DNA of 64,000 nt from a virus (lineage: Duplodnaviria > Caudoviricetes). Position numbers and translations under genes: made by a program. A model generated the notes under the pieces. It saw only the letters and a program-made list of their open reading frames with translations, searched no databases and had not been told where the DNA came from. Numbering within the stretch: the first letter of the stretch is position 1; every line of letters starts with the position of its first letter. The DNA is taken from the IMG/VR virus record IMGVR_UViG_3300043959_000228; one strand, written 5' to 3'. Below, in pieces: positions 20,001 through 28,311 of this stretch.

Positions 20001-23000
20001 TTACATAATTGGGGAATCTACCAGTTAGCTCATACGACTAGTGGAACCATATCAACCGAGGATTCATCGTCAAGTGCGAGGACCATCGACAAGAATATGT
20101 ATAAGCTCGTTGATCTGCAGGCTGGGCCTAATAACGCTAAGGGGAGGGATACATCTCGATGGAGCACATGGAATGGATCAAATGACAATAAGTTCATGAT
20201 TGGACTTACGGCATTACCTGCGGCCATTCTTGGATTGATAGCCATTGGCGGATTAGCCTTGAAGAAGATTCAATACTCTGTGATGAGTAGCCTTCTCCTA
20301 CTCATATCCCCATTCATGCTCCTATTTGGCGTACTGCCAGGTAAGGGACAGATGAAACTTAAGTCATATTGCTTCGAGATCATCAGTCTTATGATTAAGA
20401 GAGTCATGACGGTCGTCTTCATGAGCTTGGGATTAGAGGTCATGATTGAGATAGCTAATGGTTCGAACACGAGTTGGACAACAGTCTGCATCGGTTTGTA
20501 TGCACTATGTCTTATGATTATCTTCCACGCTGATGAATTAATTGGTCATATGTTCTCCAGTATTGATAAGCGACGACAGGGTTGGGATGAAAAAGAGCAA
20601 CGAATGATGAATGCTGCTACGAACAACACCTTCATGAACACGATGAAACAAAACGCTCATGACATCTTCGTTGGAGGTGCTGGAGCCGCCATAGGATTAG
20701 TCTTAGCTGGATCTGCTGGTGATGAGAACAGTCGTCGTAAAGTGCGTGATCGTCTGAATAAGCAGATGTTAGGATCAAACGGTCTTATCAAGAGGTCTGC
20801 TAATGGTGACATGACGTATGATGGTGATGGTATCGTCAGTCTAGATCTTTCCCGTGTTATGGCCGGTAATGGAACGAATTTCCAAGCACACGTAGGTTCT
20901 GAGACTCGTCGTATAGCCACATTGTATGCAGGATTACAATCATCTAAGCAGAATCTTGATGATATGAGATCGCGTGCTCAAGCCATCCAATTAGAGTTAA
21001 CGTCGATTAAGCATGATAAGAGCGCTTCCGCCGTGGCAAGACGAGCAGAGCTGAAGAGACAGCTTGCAGCTCTGAATATGAATATATCAAAGGCAGAACG
21101 TGTATACCAAGCGAAGAGAAAGAACTATATCAGCGTTCAAAATGCTTATCTTAGTAAGACGCGTCTTATGAGCACGATGGATCAGTCAGATCTATCTCAG
21201 CAATTAGCCGCTGCTCGTGGTAAGGGTGGTAAGGCTGCTGCCGAGGCTGTTGGTAACGTCATGTCGAATAAGATGAAACTCGCTCTTAAGGAAAGGAATC
21301 GTGAGGACGTCTATGATAGCAAGGGTCTAACAGTAGACGATATATCATTAGCTACTGAGGCCTCATTCCGTATTGATAGGATCATGCATCGTTCAAAGTT
21401 AAGCAGGTTGCGTAAAGGTCAATCAAACTTCCTGTTAGAAATGAATAGTGATATGAACAAGGAACTGAGTAATCAAATTAAGCAATCTCAATACGAGCTA
21501 ATGAATAAACTTCATGATGGATATTATGGTGTTGACGAGCGTGGCGAACAATTGAATTCATTGAGTGACGCGATCGGCATTAACGGTGTCACCGATGATG
21601 AGATCACCAGGATCATAGCATCGGCGCCAAATCCCATGATGCTTGAATCAGATATTGATCTTGCTATTCAGAGTGGAGATTGGCGTCAAGTAAGAGCTGG
21701 CATCGGTGATATTCTCAATAACGAGCGTCTAGTAGATGCTAAGATTGCTGATTGGAAATATTCTCCAGACGAGATTGATTATCTTGTGAATGCTCAACTT
21801 AGCGCTAGTGGAAAGGACTTAGCTTCCGCAACGTTACGGGAGGAGGATCTCGCTAGGCAGAAAGTTATATCCAACATTGATTCTACCAGAGCTGCGGATC
21901 TTGAAGGCATCAAATATGATATGGCTTATAATAACGTTGTAGATCGATTCGATGCGAATAGGAAGGCCGCCTTCAACGATTTACTAGGTCCAGAATATCA
22001 GGCTGCTCTTGCTGATGAAGCTACAGATGCTGGCAGAGCACGAATTAAGAATACAATGCAGCGTCTAGGCGGACAGCTTGACAATCAACTGTCAAATATC
22101 AATACTCAGCGTGAGACCCTACGTCAGACATATGGTGATGATGTCAATAAGATGCTTGGACAAGATAAGATTGATTACGATCAGGCTATGTCTAAGTTAG
22201 ACGACGAGGAGAAACGAGCAAGGCAGCAGTTCACTGATGCATCTAGGACTGTGGTTAAGTCAAAGGCCATGGAGGCTGAATGGGAGGATATTGCTCAGAA
22301 GAGGATTCAAGAGTTACGACAGAGTCACGATCCTTCATCATCAAAGCCGATATCGGATAAGCGATATGAGGAAGGTGTGGATAAGATCGTCGCGTTAAGC
22401 GCTAGAGTGAAGACTGCCGAGGGTCAATTAGACGCCGCTCTCATGGCTGTTGCCTATAAGGATGCTGTGACGCAATCTGGTTCTCAATACGATGATATTC
22501 AGCAGAGAATCAATGGATTGGATCAGGAGAAACGTCAGATCAAGGTTGAGCGTATACAGCTTGTCGCGAGCAGTAAGAAAGTTAAATCTGATATGGATAG
22601 ACTATCTAAGAAAAATGAGCAAGGCGGACTCACTCAAGATGAACGTACAGAATTTGATACTCTGGCGGCTCGTCGTTCAGATATTAACGATCAACTGACT
22701 GATAATAGTCGTCGACAGTCATCGCTCAGTAAGAGATCGAGTGTGTATCAGGACGAAAAATCTGATATGATCAAATCTGCTATCGATCAGAGAACATCTT
22801 CGCGTGGATCAATCATTGATCCTAGTAAGAATTATGCTGATCTATCTGATGAGGTCAAGAATGAGATGGAGTCTGTCATTAATGGTAACGATAGCCAAGC
22901 TACAAGATTCATTAATGGTACAACCGTGAAGAAAGATAATATTCATCATCGTGTACGAGACACCATGTTAGGGGACTCTATATCAATTTCGTCGGAATCT

Positions 23001-23903
23001 GCTAGAAGTGATGCTGACAATGTTCTACAGACGGCTAGGGTATCTCAAAGCGAACAGGATCATATAGCTAATGATGAGAAGGACTACACTGCCATCAGTG
23101 AGGGTCTTCAACGATCTGAGAAGCCAAGTCGTCGCTCTAAGTCGAATTGGACATCTAGTGAAGAAGCCAAGGCCTATAATGAATCATTAGAGGTCGATAA
23201 GCAGAATCATAAAGACTTTGACGCTGAGATTGCCTCATCAAAGTCTTCTGAGGACAAGGCTTGGGATTATGCTAGTAAACGATATGATGACGCCAAGCAG
23301 TATTGGAGGAATCACGGCTTGTCTGATGCCGATGCTGACGATCGTGCGTCGGCAGAAGCCTTCAAGGGATATAACGATATACTCGATCAAACGCACTCGA
23401 CAGGTCAACGATGGTCTCATGCTGACACCACAATTACCGTGAACAGTCAAGATGATTTCAATGAGGACGCCAAGGATAAGAGTAAAACCTTCAATGACTT
23501 CCTACACGAGCATATGACTGATCGTCAGGCTGGTAGTTATCAACCTGGTTCTGCGGCTCCATCAACGGCTAATACGCCGTCATTCCAGCCATTGCCAAAG
23601 CCTAGCGGATCTCGTCCTGCAACTAGCCAATCATCAACATCTAATAATCAGCAGACACAGCGAGCGTCTAGTGGATCGTCTTCAAATGTTAATGACATTC
23701 ATAAGGCAAGGAATCTTGTTGAGGACAATGCTAAGAAATTCAGGAGACGCCCGCCTATTGGTAAGAAGGACGATAAGATTTCTAAGCACCGCGTCCATAA
23801 TGATTTCACTGGAGAGGATTATTACGTTGTATCAAGTAAGGATGAGGAGCGCGACAACACCATCATTACTGATGATACTCTAAGGAAGACCGATGGATCG
23901 TGA
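17076..23903 (+). CDS. Giant VirB6/TrbL-like membrane protein, paralog 2 (2275 aa)
   Basis: Same conserved blocks ('LNWTSYAGE', 'CRIWETFVLTPWSYGQFG', 'HNWGIYQL', 'SPFMLLFGVLPGKG') plus a charged coiled-coil tail of about 1100 aa. Confidence 0.65.
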   Translation: MMQDNMTYSRKAVMLSSYPHHDWKRPLSFSVAVIILIALSCSYIFMSASNVTTNNTSFTSGLDLSGSASSLKSALSGLGLEDTSKAYAALASDCKDSASSDDAESKSNGCVDSMLNTKVDKSDDNDAVIAKDKNGNSCPTVEYTVDASGSCVMNNDLNTTGTIKSNPGGFIQKSMKDSDTYQSSTPSLMDILSMVVNRVVLPGYYINSDFQNYTGEGNKVAPYSGSKGTPADIGKAADERTSVSKDSSDSTAHMYAWRDMECKTGLTDVLTGKTGTPTLNTSNCDIPNISTEAVQSLASLVTSTGLQNAQKNSAKTPFGLGYSSDLLPTSDVPISASQRTDKYTALELFGYNLNWTSYAGEFDRINVMSSVRFSANMSLGNALKVAGNALSAFGEGYSSDAASDWGKFTDSNNDWWSRASGFFGFINPVKHLAAGFSAAGYSLLSDMLYSVESSSTETGSWYRPDFVSQTVYGVRELTSIEQTALTAFKTKAGMWSEISKHTLDQLDFNAYYAAHAVPAEPTSKAVTPDSCDDKDKEDKKDDKGNVIKDADGNTERQCKKVQQVESWSDYKKSQDVDSKASAIGLDASKYDAMNGDATVKYKAMASDWPAAMKAAAQAENEKTKQTSYNNQIDGIIGDSINTYGVVKDMNNIGKWYCVDGSGNPEGKSTNQFVQLAVQQGMMSDPGKEAFNAQGEWQCSSNQPRPTIIGGLYGSAHKGNDDAYKDTRRQAYQGVNIFNILVGNNVDKLGSTMLSVSQNVIMVLNTLVGWSFTPILDKIGFTDLAKKMIKELRESVYMQFIVIFIGIAGLMVILKLVKGQPVQSFQQLGLIILSVFLGFMLLFNTAIMFKVVDDVPTAVERAAIGTIFSSSGEDKICSATGKPAGTLSAGVFEDLFGKNTGYNPDAQVRVLQCRIWETFVLTPWSYGQFGSSINQLYATGYSTSEGVGNSSGEFSVSQSTSDLVGNAAVDMGANTTLHNWGIYQLAHTTSGTISTEDSSSSARTIDKNMYKLVDLQAGPNNAKGRDTSRWSTWNGSNDNKFMIGLTALPAAILGLIAIGGLALKKIQYSVMSSLLLLISPFMLLFGVLPGKGQMKLKSYCFEIISLMIKRVMTVVFMSLGLEVMIEIANGSNTSWTTVCIGLYALCLMIIFHADELIGHMFSSIDKRRQGWDEKEQRMMNAATNNTFMNTMKQNAHDIFVGGAGAAIGLVLAGSAGDENSRRKVRDRLNKQMLGSNGLIKRSANGDMTYDGDGIVSLDLSRVMAGNGTNFQAHVGSETRRIATLYAGLQSSKQNLDDMRSRAQAIQLELTSIKHDKSASAVARRAELKRQLAALNMNISKAERVYQAKRKNYISVQNAYLSKTRLMSTMDQSDLSQQLAAARGKGGKAAAEAVGNVMSNKMKLALKERNREDVYDSKGLTVDDISLATEASFRIDRIMHRSKLSRLRKGQSNFLLEMNSDMNKELSNQIKQSQYELMNKLHDGYYGVDERGEQLNSLSDAIGINGVTDDEITRIIASAPNPMMLESDIDLAIQSGDWRQVRAGIGDILNNERLVDAKIADWKYSPDEIDYLVNAQLSASGKDLASATLREEDLARQKVISNIDSTRAADLEGIKYDMAYNNVVDRFDANRKAAFNDLLGPEYQAALADEATDAGRARIKNTMQRLGGQLDNQLSNINTQRETLRQTYGDDVNKMLGQDKIDYDQAMSKLDDEEKRARQQFTDASRTVVKSKAMEAEWEDIAQKRIQELRQSHDPSSSKPISDKRYEEGVDKIVALSARVKTAEGQLDAALMAVAYKDAVTQSGSQYDDIQQRINGLDQEKRQIKVERIQLVASSKKVKSDMDRLSKKNEQGGLTQDERTEFDTLAARRSDINDQLTDNSRRQSSLSKRSSVYQDEKSDMIKSAIDQRTSSRGSIIDPSKNYADLSDEVKNEMESVINGNDSQATRFINGTTVKKDNIHHRVRDTMLGDSISISSESARSDADNVLQTARVSQSEQDHIANDEKDYTAISEGLQRSEKPSRRSKSNWTSSEEAKAYNESLEVDKQNHKDFDAEIASSKSSEDKAWDYASKRYDDAKQYWRNHGLSDADADDRASAEAFKGYNDILDQTHSTGQRWSHADTTITVNSQDDFNEDAKDKSKTFNDFLHEHMTDRQAGSYQPGSAAPSTANTPSFQPLPKPSGSRPATSQSSTSNNQQTQRASSGSSSNVNDIHKARNLVEDNAKKFRRRPPIGKKDDKISKHRVHNDFTGEDYYVVSSKDEERDNTIITDDTLRKTDGS

Positions 23904-23952
23904 GACTAAGATCTCATTGATATCTTCATCATAATAGTACGGGGGTGTAGTT

Positions 23953-26900
23953 GTGACACGATACGCGGAACGAGCAATGATCATTGGCACTCGGACTGTC
24001 GTAGGATATGATCGTAAGCTTATCTTCCGGCGAGTCCTCGCTATCATTATGCTTCTTGTAACGGTCAGTATGACGATGCTCTCCGTGGTCGCTATGCGAC
24101 AGCAGCAAGCTCACGCTGATTTCATTCAACACGTATTATGTACCTGGGGAACCGATGACGCATCAGCGTCCGAAAACGCAGACGATGATGGTGATTATAG
24201 CCCATCACCAGTTCGTATGATTTATCAGTTATCACAAACAGAGGACCTTGCTAAGTCACTCGTCTATAAAAGTGAGGTTGGAGCAGAATCGGCTCTCGGT
24301 AATGATAGCTGGCCTAATGTTCTGACGCGTAAAGATTTTGATAAGGCCACTCTTGATATTGTCAATACGTCTAATGCTACTAAAACGAAGTATACACCAT
24401 ACGATCTATACGGTTTCAGCTCCTTGAAATGGACTGGATATCAGGGTGAGTGGAATTGGATCAAAGTGTATTACTGCGGCGCTAGCGGCACGGGAGATGA
24501 TGCGAAGGACCCTGAGGACCAGAAACTCAATCTTTACTATCCAGATAGGAATAGACCTCGTGACCAATACGCCGACCGCTTCTCATCCTCTGATCCGAGA
24601 GTTCAGTTAAAGGGTGTAAACACTGCTGAAATTTATCGTAACAATTTTACGCTGAATATAGCGAATTTCATCTTCTCCATCACTAAGACCGTTGTAGCTC
24701 TGAATAATGCGTTTATCGAATTAAGTTTTAGTAATGTGGCTTCAGATATGGGATTAGATAAGGTTGCATCAAGTATCATGACTAATCTCATGAATGGCTT
24801 GTTCTTACCTATGGTTGTGTTCATGATTGCACTGACTGGATGTTACATTGCGTACAAGGCTCTATTCAAACGACAGACCACTGAGGCCCTGAAGGAGTTT
24901 GCAAAAGTACTATTATGCTTATTCCTAGGTTATCTTGTATTAGCCATGCCTACCGTTTTCGCTAATCTTGCAAATGATGTAGGCATCACCATGCAATACA
25001 TCGTTATGTCCGCTACTACTAGTACCATTAAGGGATCGTCGTCGGAAATGTGTAGCACAACCGTAACGGCGTCTACCGTTAAGAAAGATGACAGTCTATC
25101 ACTCTTCAAGAATGGTCATTTTAACACTAAGGGCATTCAGAATTGGGGCGCTAATCTAAGCAACGCTACTGGCAGGACGCTGTCATGCCAATATTGGCGT
25201 ATCTTCGCCGTTATACCTTGGTCATTAGGTCAATATGGTACTGATGTAAACAATCTGTACGCCTCTGGATATGCTGAGCAGAATGGCAAGGAGATGAATC
25301 CAAATGGAACTCAAGGCGATTGGGTCGGACTAGCGGCAGTTCCACTTGGAGATGGTCAAGTATCACATAATTGGGCTATCTATCAGATATCTGCTCAATC
25401 AAAGAATCATATTCCATCGACGATCGCTGACGCTAAGACCGGTGAGATCAAGAATGAGAACAAACTTGAGTATAAGAATGTTGATCAAGTCCAACGCAGT
25501 GGACGTATTATCGACTCGACGAATGGCGATTGGTGGAGGGTTGTTGACGCCGTATCCGGATATGACACGGTAAATCAAGATGGATCAACGAAGAGCTCAA
25601 CAACGAGTATTAATACTGCTGTAAAGAAAGCTAAGGCGGCGGTAGACGCCGGCGGACAGGGAACAGATTCTGCTAGTATGATAGCGTCAGCATATACATC
25701 AGCTGGTATTAAACTGTCATCCTCGTCAGTTGGATCATTAGCTAATGATGCTAAGACAGCTGGTTTTCATAAGATTACTGGTGCCAATTTGAATACTGGA
25801 GATGGGCTTAAACCAGGCGACATCCTTATTGGCGGTGGACAGGCCGCTATGTATTATGGATCAAAATCGACGTTATCGTCAAGTGGCACTGGTGGTCTTA
25901 GTGGATTCACCGAGGCTTGGAGAATGGGAACAGGTGGAAGCGCATCCTCCGTCAGTGGCTCTAGTTCGTCTGATGCTATAGCGTTCGCTGGTTCTGATGA
26001 TCTTCTCAGATATACGAAACTCGACGGTGCAAATCTCACCGATTATTGGAGTAATTGGATAGGCGGTAATGCGGCGAATCGTGTCAGTGTGGCTATTATG
26101 AGCCTTATTGCTCTTGTAGCGTTGATCATACCATTGTTCCTAGGAGCAACGTTAATCATACTGGCTTGTGGATCGGTCATTCTTATGGCCTTCCTTCCAG
26201 TGGTCTTATTGATGGGCTTATGGGCTGGTCCAGGTTCTCAGATTGTGAAAGAGTATATTCAGATGATTTGGTCAGTAGTGACGAAACGTATTGCCTTCGG
26301 CATGCTATACGTCATCATCCTAGTCTTAACATCGAAGATATTCAGTGGCGTTACTGGTTCGATGGATTATTTGAAGTCTATCATCCTAACACTTTTTGTG
26401 AGTTATGCTGTATACGCTAATAAGGACAAATTAGCAAGAATGTTTACTAGTGCTATGGGCGCGGTACAGAATAACACTTTAGAAAGAGTAGGTTCAAAGG
26501 CCACTGGAATGATGACCGGTGCTGGCAAATTTGCTGGTGGCGCTGTTGGTGGAGCTGCACTAGGTGCTGTCAAACGTCAGAAAATCTACGCTCAGGACGC
26601 TAATGGTGAATATAAACGCGACAAGTGGGGTAATAGAATTGTCACCGGAAAGGCTAGATATGGATCTATCAATAGTAAGGGTGAGGCTGTGCATGGAACC
26701 GTCAAGCAGATTCTCAATGGTGCTAGAAGAGGTGCTTCTGGAAGCATGAAGACCAGGACGAAGATGGGTCTGTATCAGAGTGAATTCGGTCGTCAATTAC
26801 TGCACACGAACGATCAGATTAAGTCTATCAAGAATAGGAACGCCGTGAGGAATGAATTAATCAACAGTGGCAAGACACCAGATCAAATTAATGAGGCGCT

Positions 26901-27066
26901 ACGTGAACGAATTGGTGAACCTTGCTCTATCTGTAATAATTCCTTCCTTCCGGAAGAACTTACCATGTACTCTACCCCTAACGGAAGCTATTATGTTTGT
27001 GATCAATGCGCAAGTGATTATGGTATCGGCTCTGGAGCCGATATCGAAGCAATTATTGGTATATAG
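23953..27066 (+). CDS. VirB6/TrbL-like membrane protein, paralog 3, with inserted inactive NlpC/P60-like domain and C-terminal Zn finger
   Basis: 'LKWTGYQGE', 'CQYWRIFAVIPWSLGQYG' and 'HNWAIYQI'; insert 'TDSASMI...LKPGDIL...GQAAMYYG'; tail 'CSIC...VCDQC'. Confidence 0.65.
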   Translation: MTRYAERAMIIGTRTVVGYDRKLIFRRVLAIIMLLVTVSMTMLSVVAMRQQQAHADFIQHVLCTWGTDDASASENADDDGDYSPSPVRMIYQLSQTEDLAKSLVYKSEVGAESALGNDSWPNVLTRKDFDKATLDIVNTSNATKTKYTPYDLYGFSSLKWTGYQGEWNWIKVYYCGASGTGDDAKDPEDQKLNLYYPDRNRPRDQYADRFSSSDPRVQLKGVNTAEIYRNNFTLNIANFIFSITKTVVALNNAFIELSFSNVASDMGLDKVASSIMTNLMNGLFLPMVVFMIALTGCYIAYKALFKRQTTEALKEFAKVLLCLFLGYLVLAMPTVFANLANDVGITMQYIVMSATTSTIKGSSSEMCSTTVTASTVKKDDSLSLFKNGHFNTKGIQNWGANLSNATGRTLSCQYWRIFAVIPWSLGQYGTDVNNLYASGYAEQNGKEMNPNGTQGDWVGLAAVPLGDGQVSHNWAIYQISAQSKNHIPSTIADAKTGEIKNENKLEYKNVDQVQRSGRIIDSTNGDWWRVVDAVSGYDTVNQDGSTKSSTTSINTAVKKAKAAVDAGGQGTDSASMIASAYTSAGIKLSSSSVGSLANDAKTAGFHKITGANLNTGDGLKPGDILIGGGQAAMYYGSKSTLSSSGTGGLSGFTEAWRMGTGGSASSVSGSSSSDAIAFAGSDDLLRYTKLDGANLTDYWSNWIGGNAANRVSVAIMSLIALVALIIPLFLGATLIILACGSVILMAFLPVVLLMGLWAGPGSQIVKEYIQMIWSVVTKRIAFGMLYVIILVLTSKIFSGVTGSMDYLKSIILTLFVSYAVYANKDKLARMFTSAMGAVQNNTLERVGSKATGMMTGAGKFAGGAVGGAALGAVKRQKIYAQDANGEYKRDKWGNRIVTGKARYGSINSKGEAVHGTVKQILNGARRGASGSMKTRTKMGLYQSEFGRQLLHTNDQIKSIKNRNAVRNELINSGKTPDQINEALRERIGEPCSICNNSFLPEELTMYSTPNGSYYVCDQCASDYGIGSGADIEAIIGI

Positions 27067-27138
27067 GTATTGCTTCGATGACTAACGGCCATATCATGTC
27101 CGCATATCTTAATATCATCTAATCTACGAGGAGAAGTT

Positions 27139-28227
27139 ATGGACATTTCCAATGTGATAAAGAGCATTAAGTCTCTATTCATGAAGGGACCAGATAAGGG
27201 CGACGACAAGCCATCTAATGCAGGTGGCGTTTCGAGTGCTGTTCTTGAAGCATTGAGTCATGAGGATGATGAACCCTCTGATAGTAATGATATTGACATG
27301 CTTGGTGTGGTCGGAGTGCCCAGAAAATACGAAATATCTGATGAGTATCTTCTTCCCGGTGATCTTGACCGAATTAAATTTGATATTACTAAGCCGTCCG
27401 GATACGATACGGCCATGGTTGATGATTTCTATGAGAACGTATATAACACGTTGAATCATTTATTAGACATTATTAGAAAACGTGATTCAGACGTGAACAA
27501 ATGCGATAAGTTCATTAATCGTTTAGCTGTTGACCTACATAACTCCAAACTGAGTGATGAAATGAGCGAAGGATTGACCGTACTCCCAGGTCAACCATCA
27601 ACATCTGAGGCTGAATTACAACAGGCTAATTTGAGGATTATCAAACTCCAAGAAGAGTTGAAAGCCTATAAATCGACCGGAACGCCTAGAAATACTGGTG
27701 ACTCTAAGTTCGATGACATCCAGAATCAGGTGAGCATTCTACAAGCGAAGAACAGACAATTAACATCTGAAAACAAACGACTACGATTACATGGCGCAGC
27801 CGATGTCGAATCAAATCTCTCCCCGAATATTGATCCTATTGACGACGAGTTAGAGCCTGATGATATGAGTATGCCGTTACCCGATTTTGATGAAGTCGAA
27901 GACATGGCTATGAAGACCGAGGGCTATAAGAATAGTCCTAAAGGATTAGAGAACGTTGCTAAAGCCGACGCATCAGTTGACTTAGATATGGGACCGTCTG
28001 ATAAGAACCATCATGCATCATCATTACCCGTTCCAGACGATATGGTCATACCATCTCCAGAGGATGGATCTCTTCCTCAGATGAGTATGCCTATGCCAGA
28101 TGACCAGTCATCAGATGACGAGGAACTAGAGTTGCCACTCCCATCCGTCATGGATGACTCATATGAGGATATTAATTTTACCGATGGTCACGATGACGGT
28201 GAAATAGACATGTCAAAGTTAGTGTGA
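27139..28227 (+). CDS. DivIVA-domain coiled-coil protein with acidic tail
   Basis: 'DLDRIKFDITKPSGYDTAMVDDFYENV' matches the DivIVA N-terminal signature (K-F-x5-GYD-x3-VDxF) and is followed by coiled coils. Confidence 0.7.
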   Translation: MDISNVIKSIKSLFMKGPDKGDDKPSNAGGVSSAVLEALSHEDDEPSDSNDIDMLGVVGVPRKYEISDEYLLPGDLDRIKFDITKPSGYDTAMVDDFYENVYNTLNHLLDIIRKRDSDVNKCDKFINRLAVDLHNSKLSDEMSEGLTVLPGQPSTSEAELQQANLRIIKLQEELKAYKSTGTPRNTGDSKFDDIQNQVSILQAKNRQLTSENKRLRLHGAADVESNLSPNIDPIDDELEPDDMSMPLPDFDEVEDMAMKTEGYKNSPKGLENVAKADASVDLDMGPSDKNHHASSLPVPDDMVIPSPEDGSLPQMSMPMPDDQSSDDEELELPLPSVMDDSYEDINFTDGHDDGEIDMSKLV

Positions 28228-28311
28228 TAGATACGATAATAAAATCGCGTCTATTCATTGCATCATCGCTATTGCTGACACGATCATATGCATATTGGTA
28301 CCATATGATAT

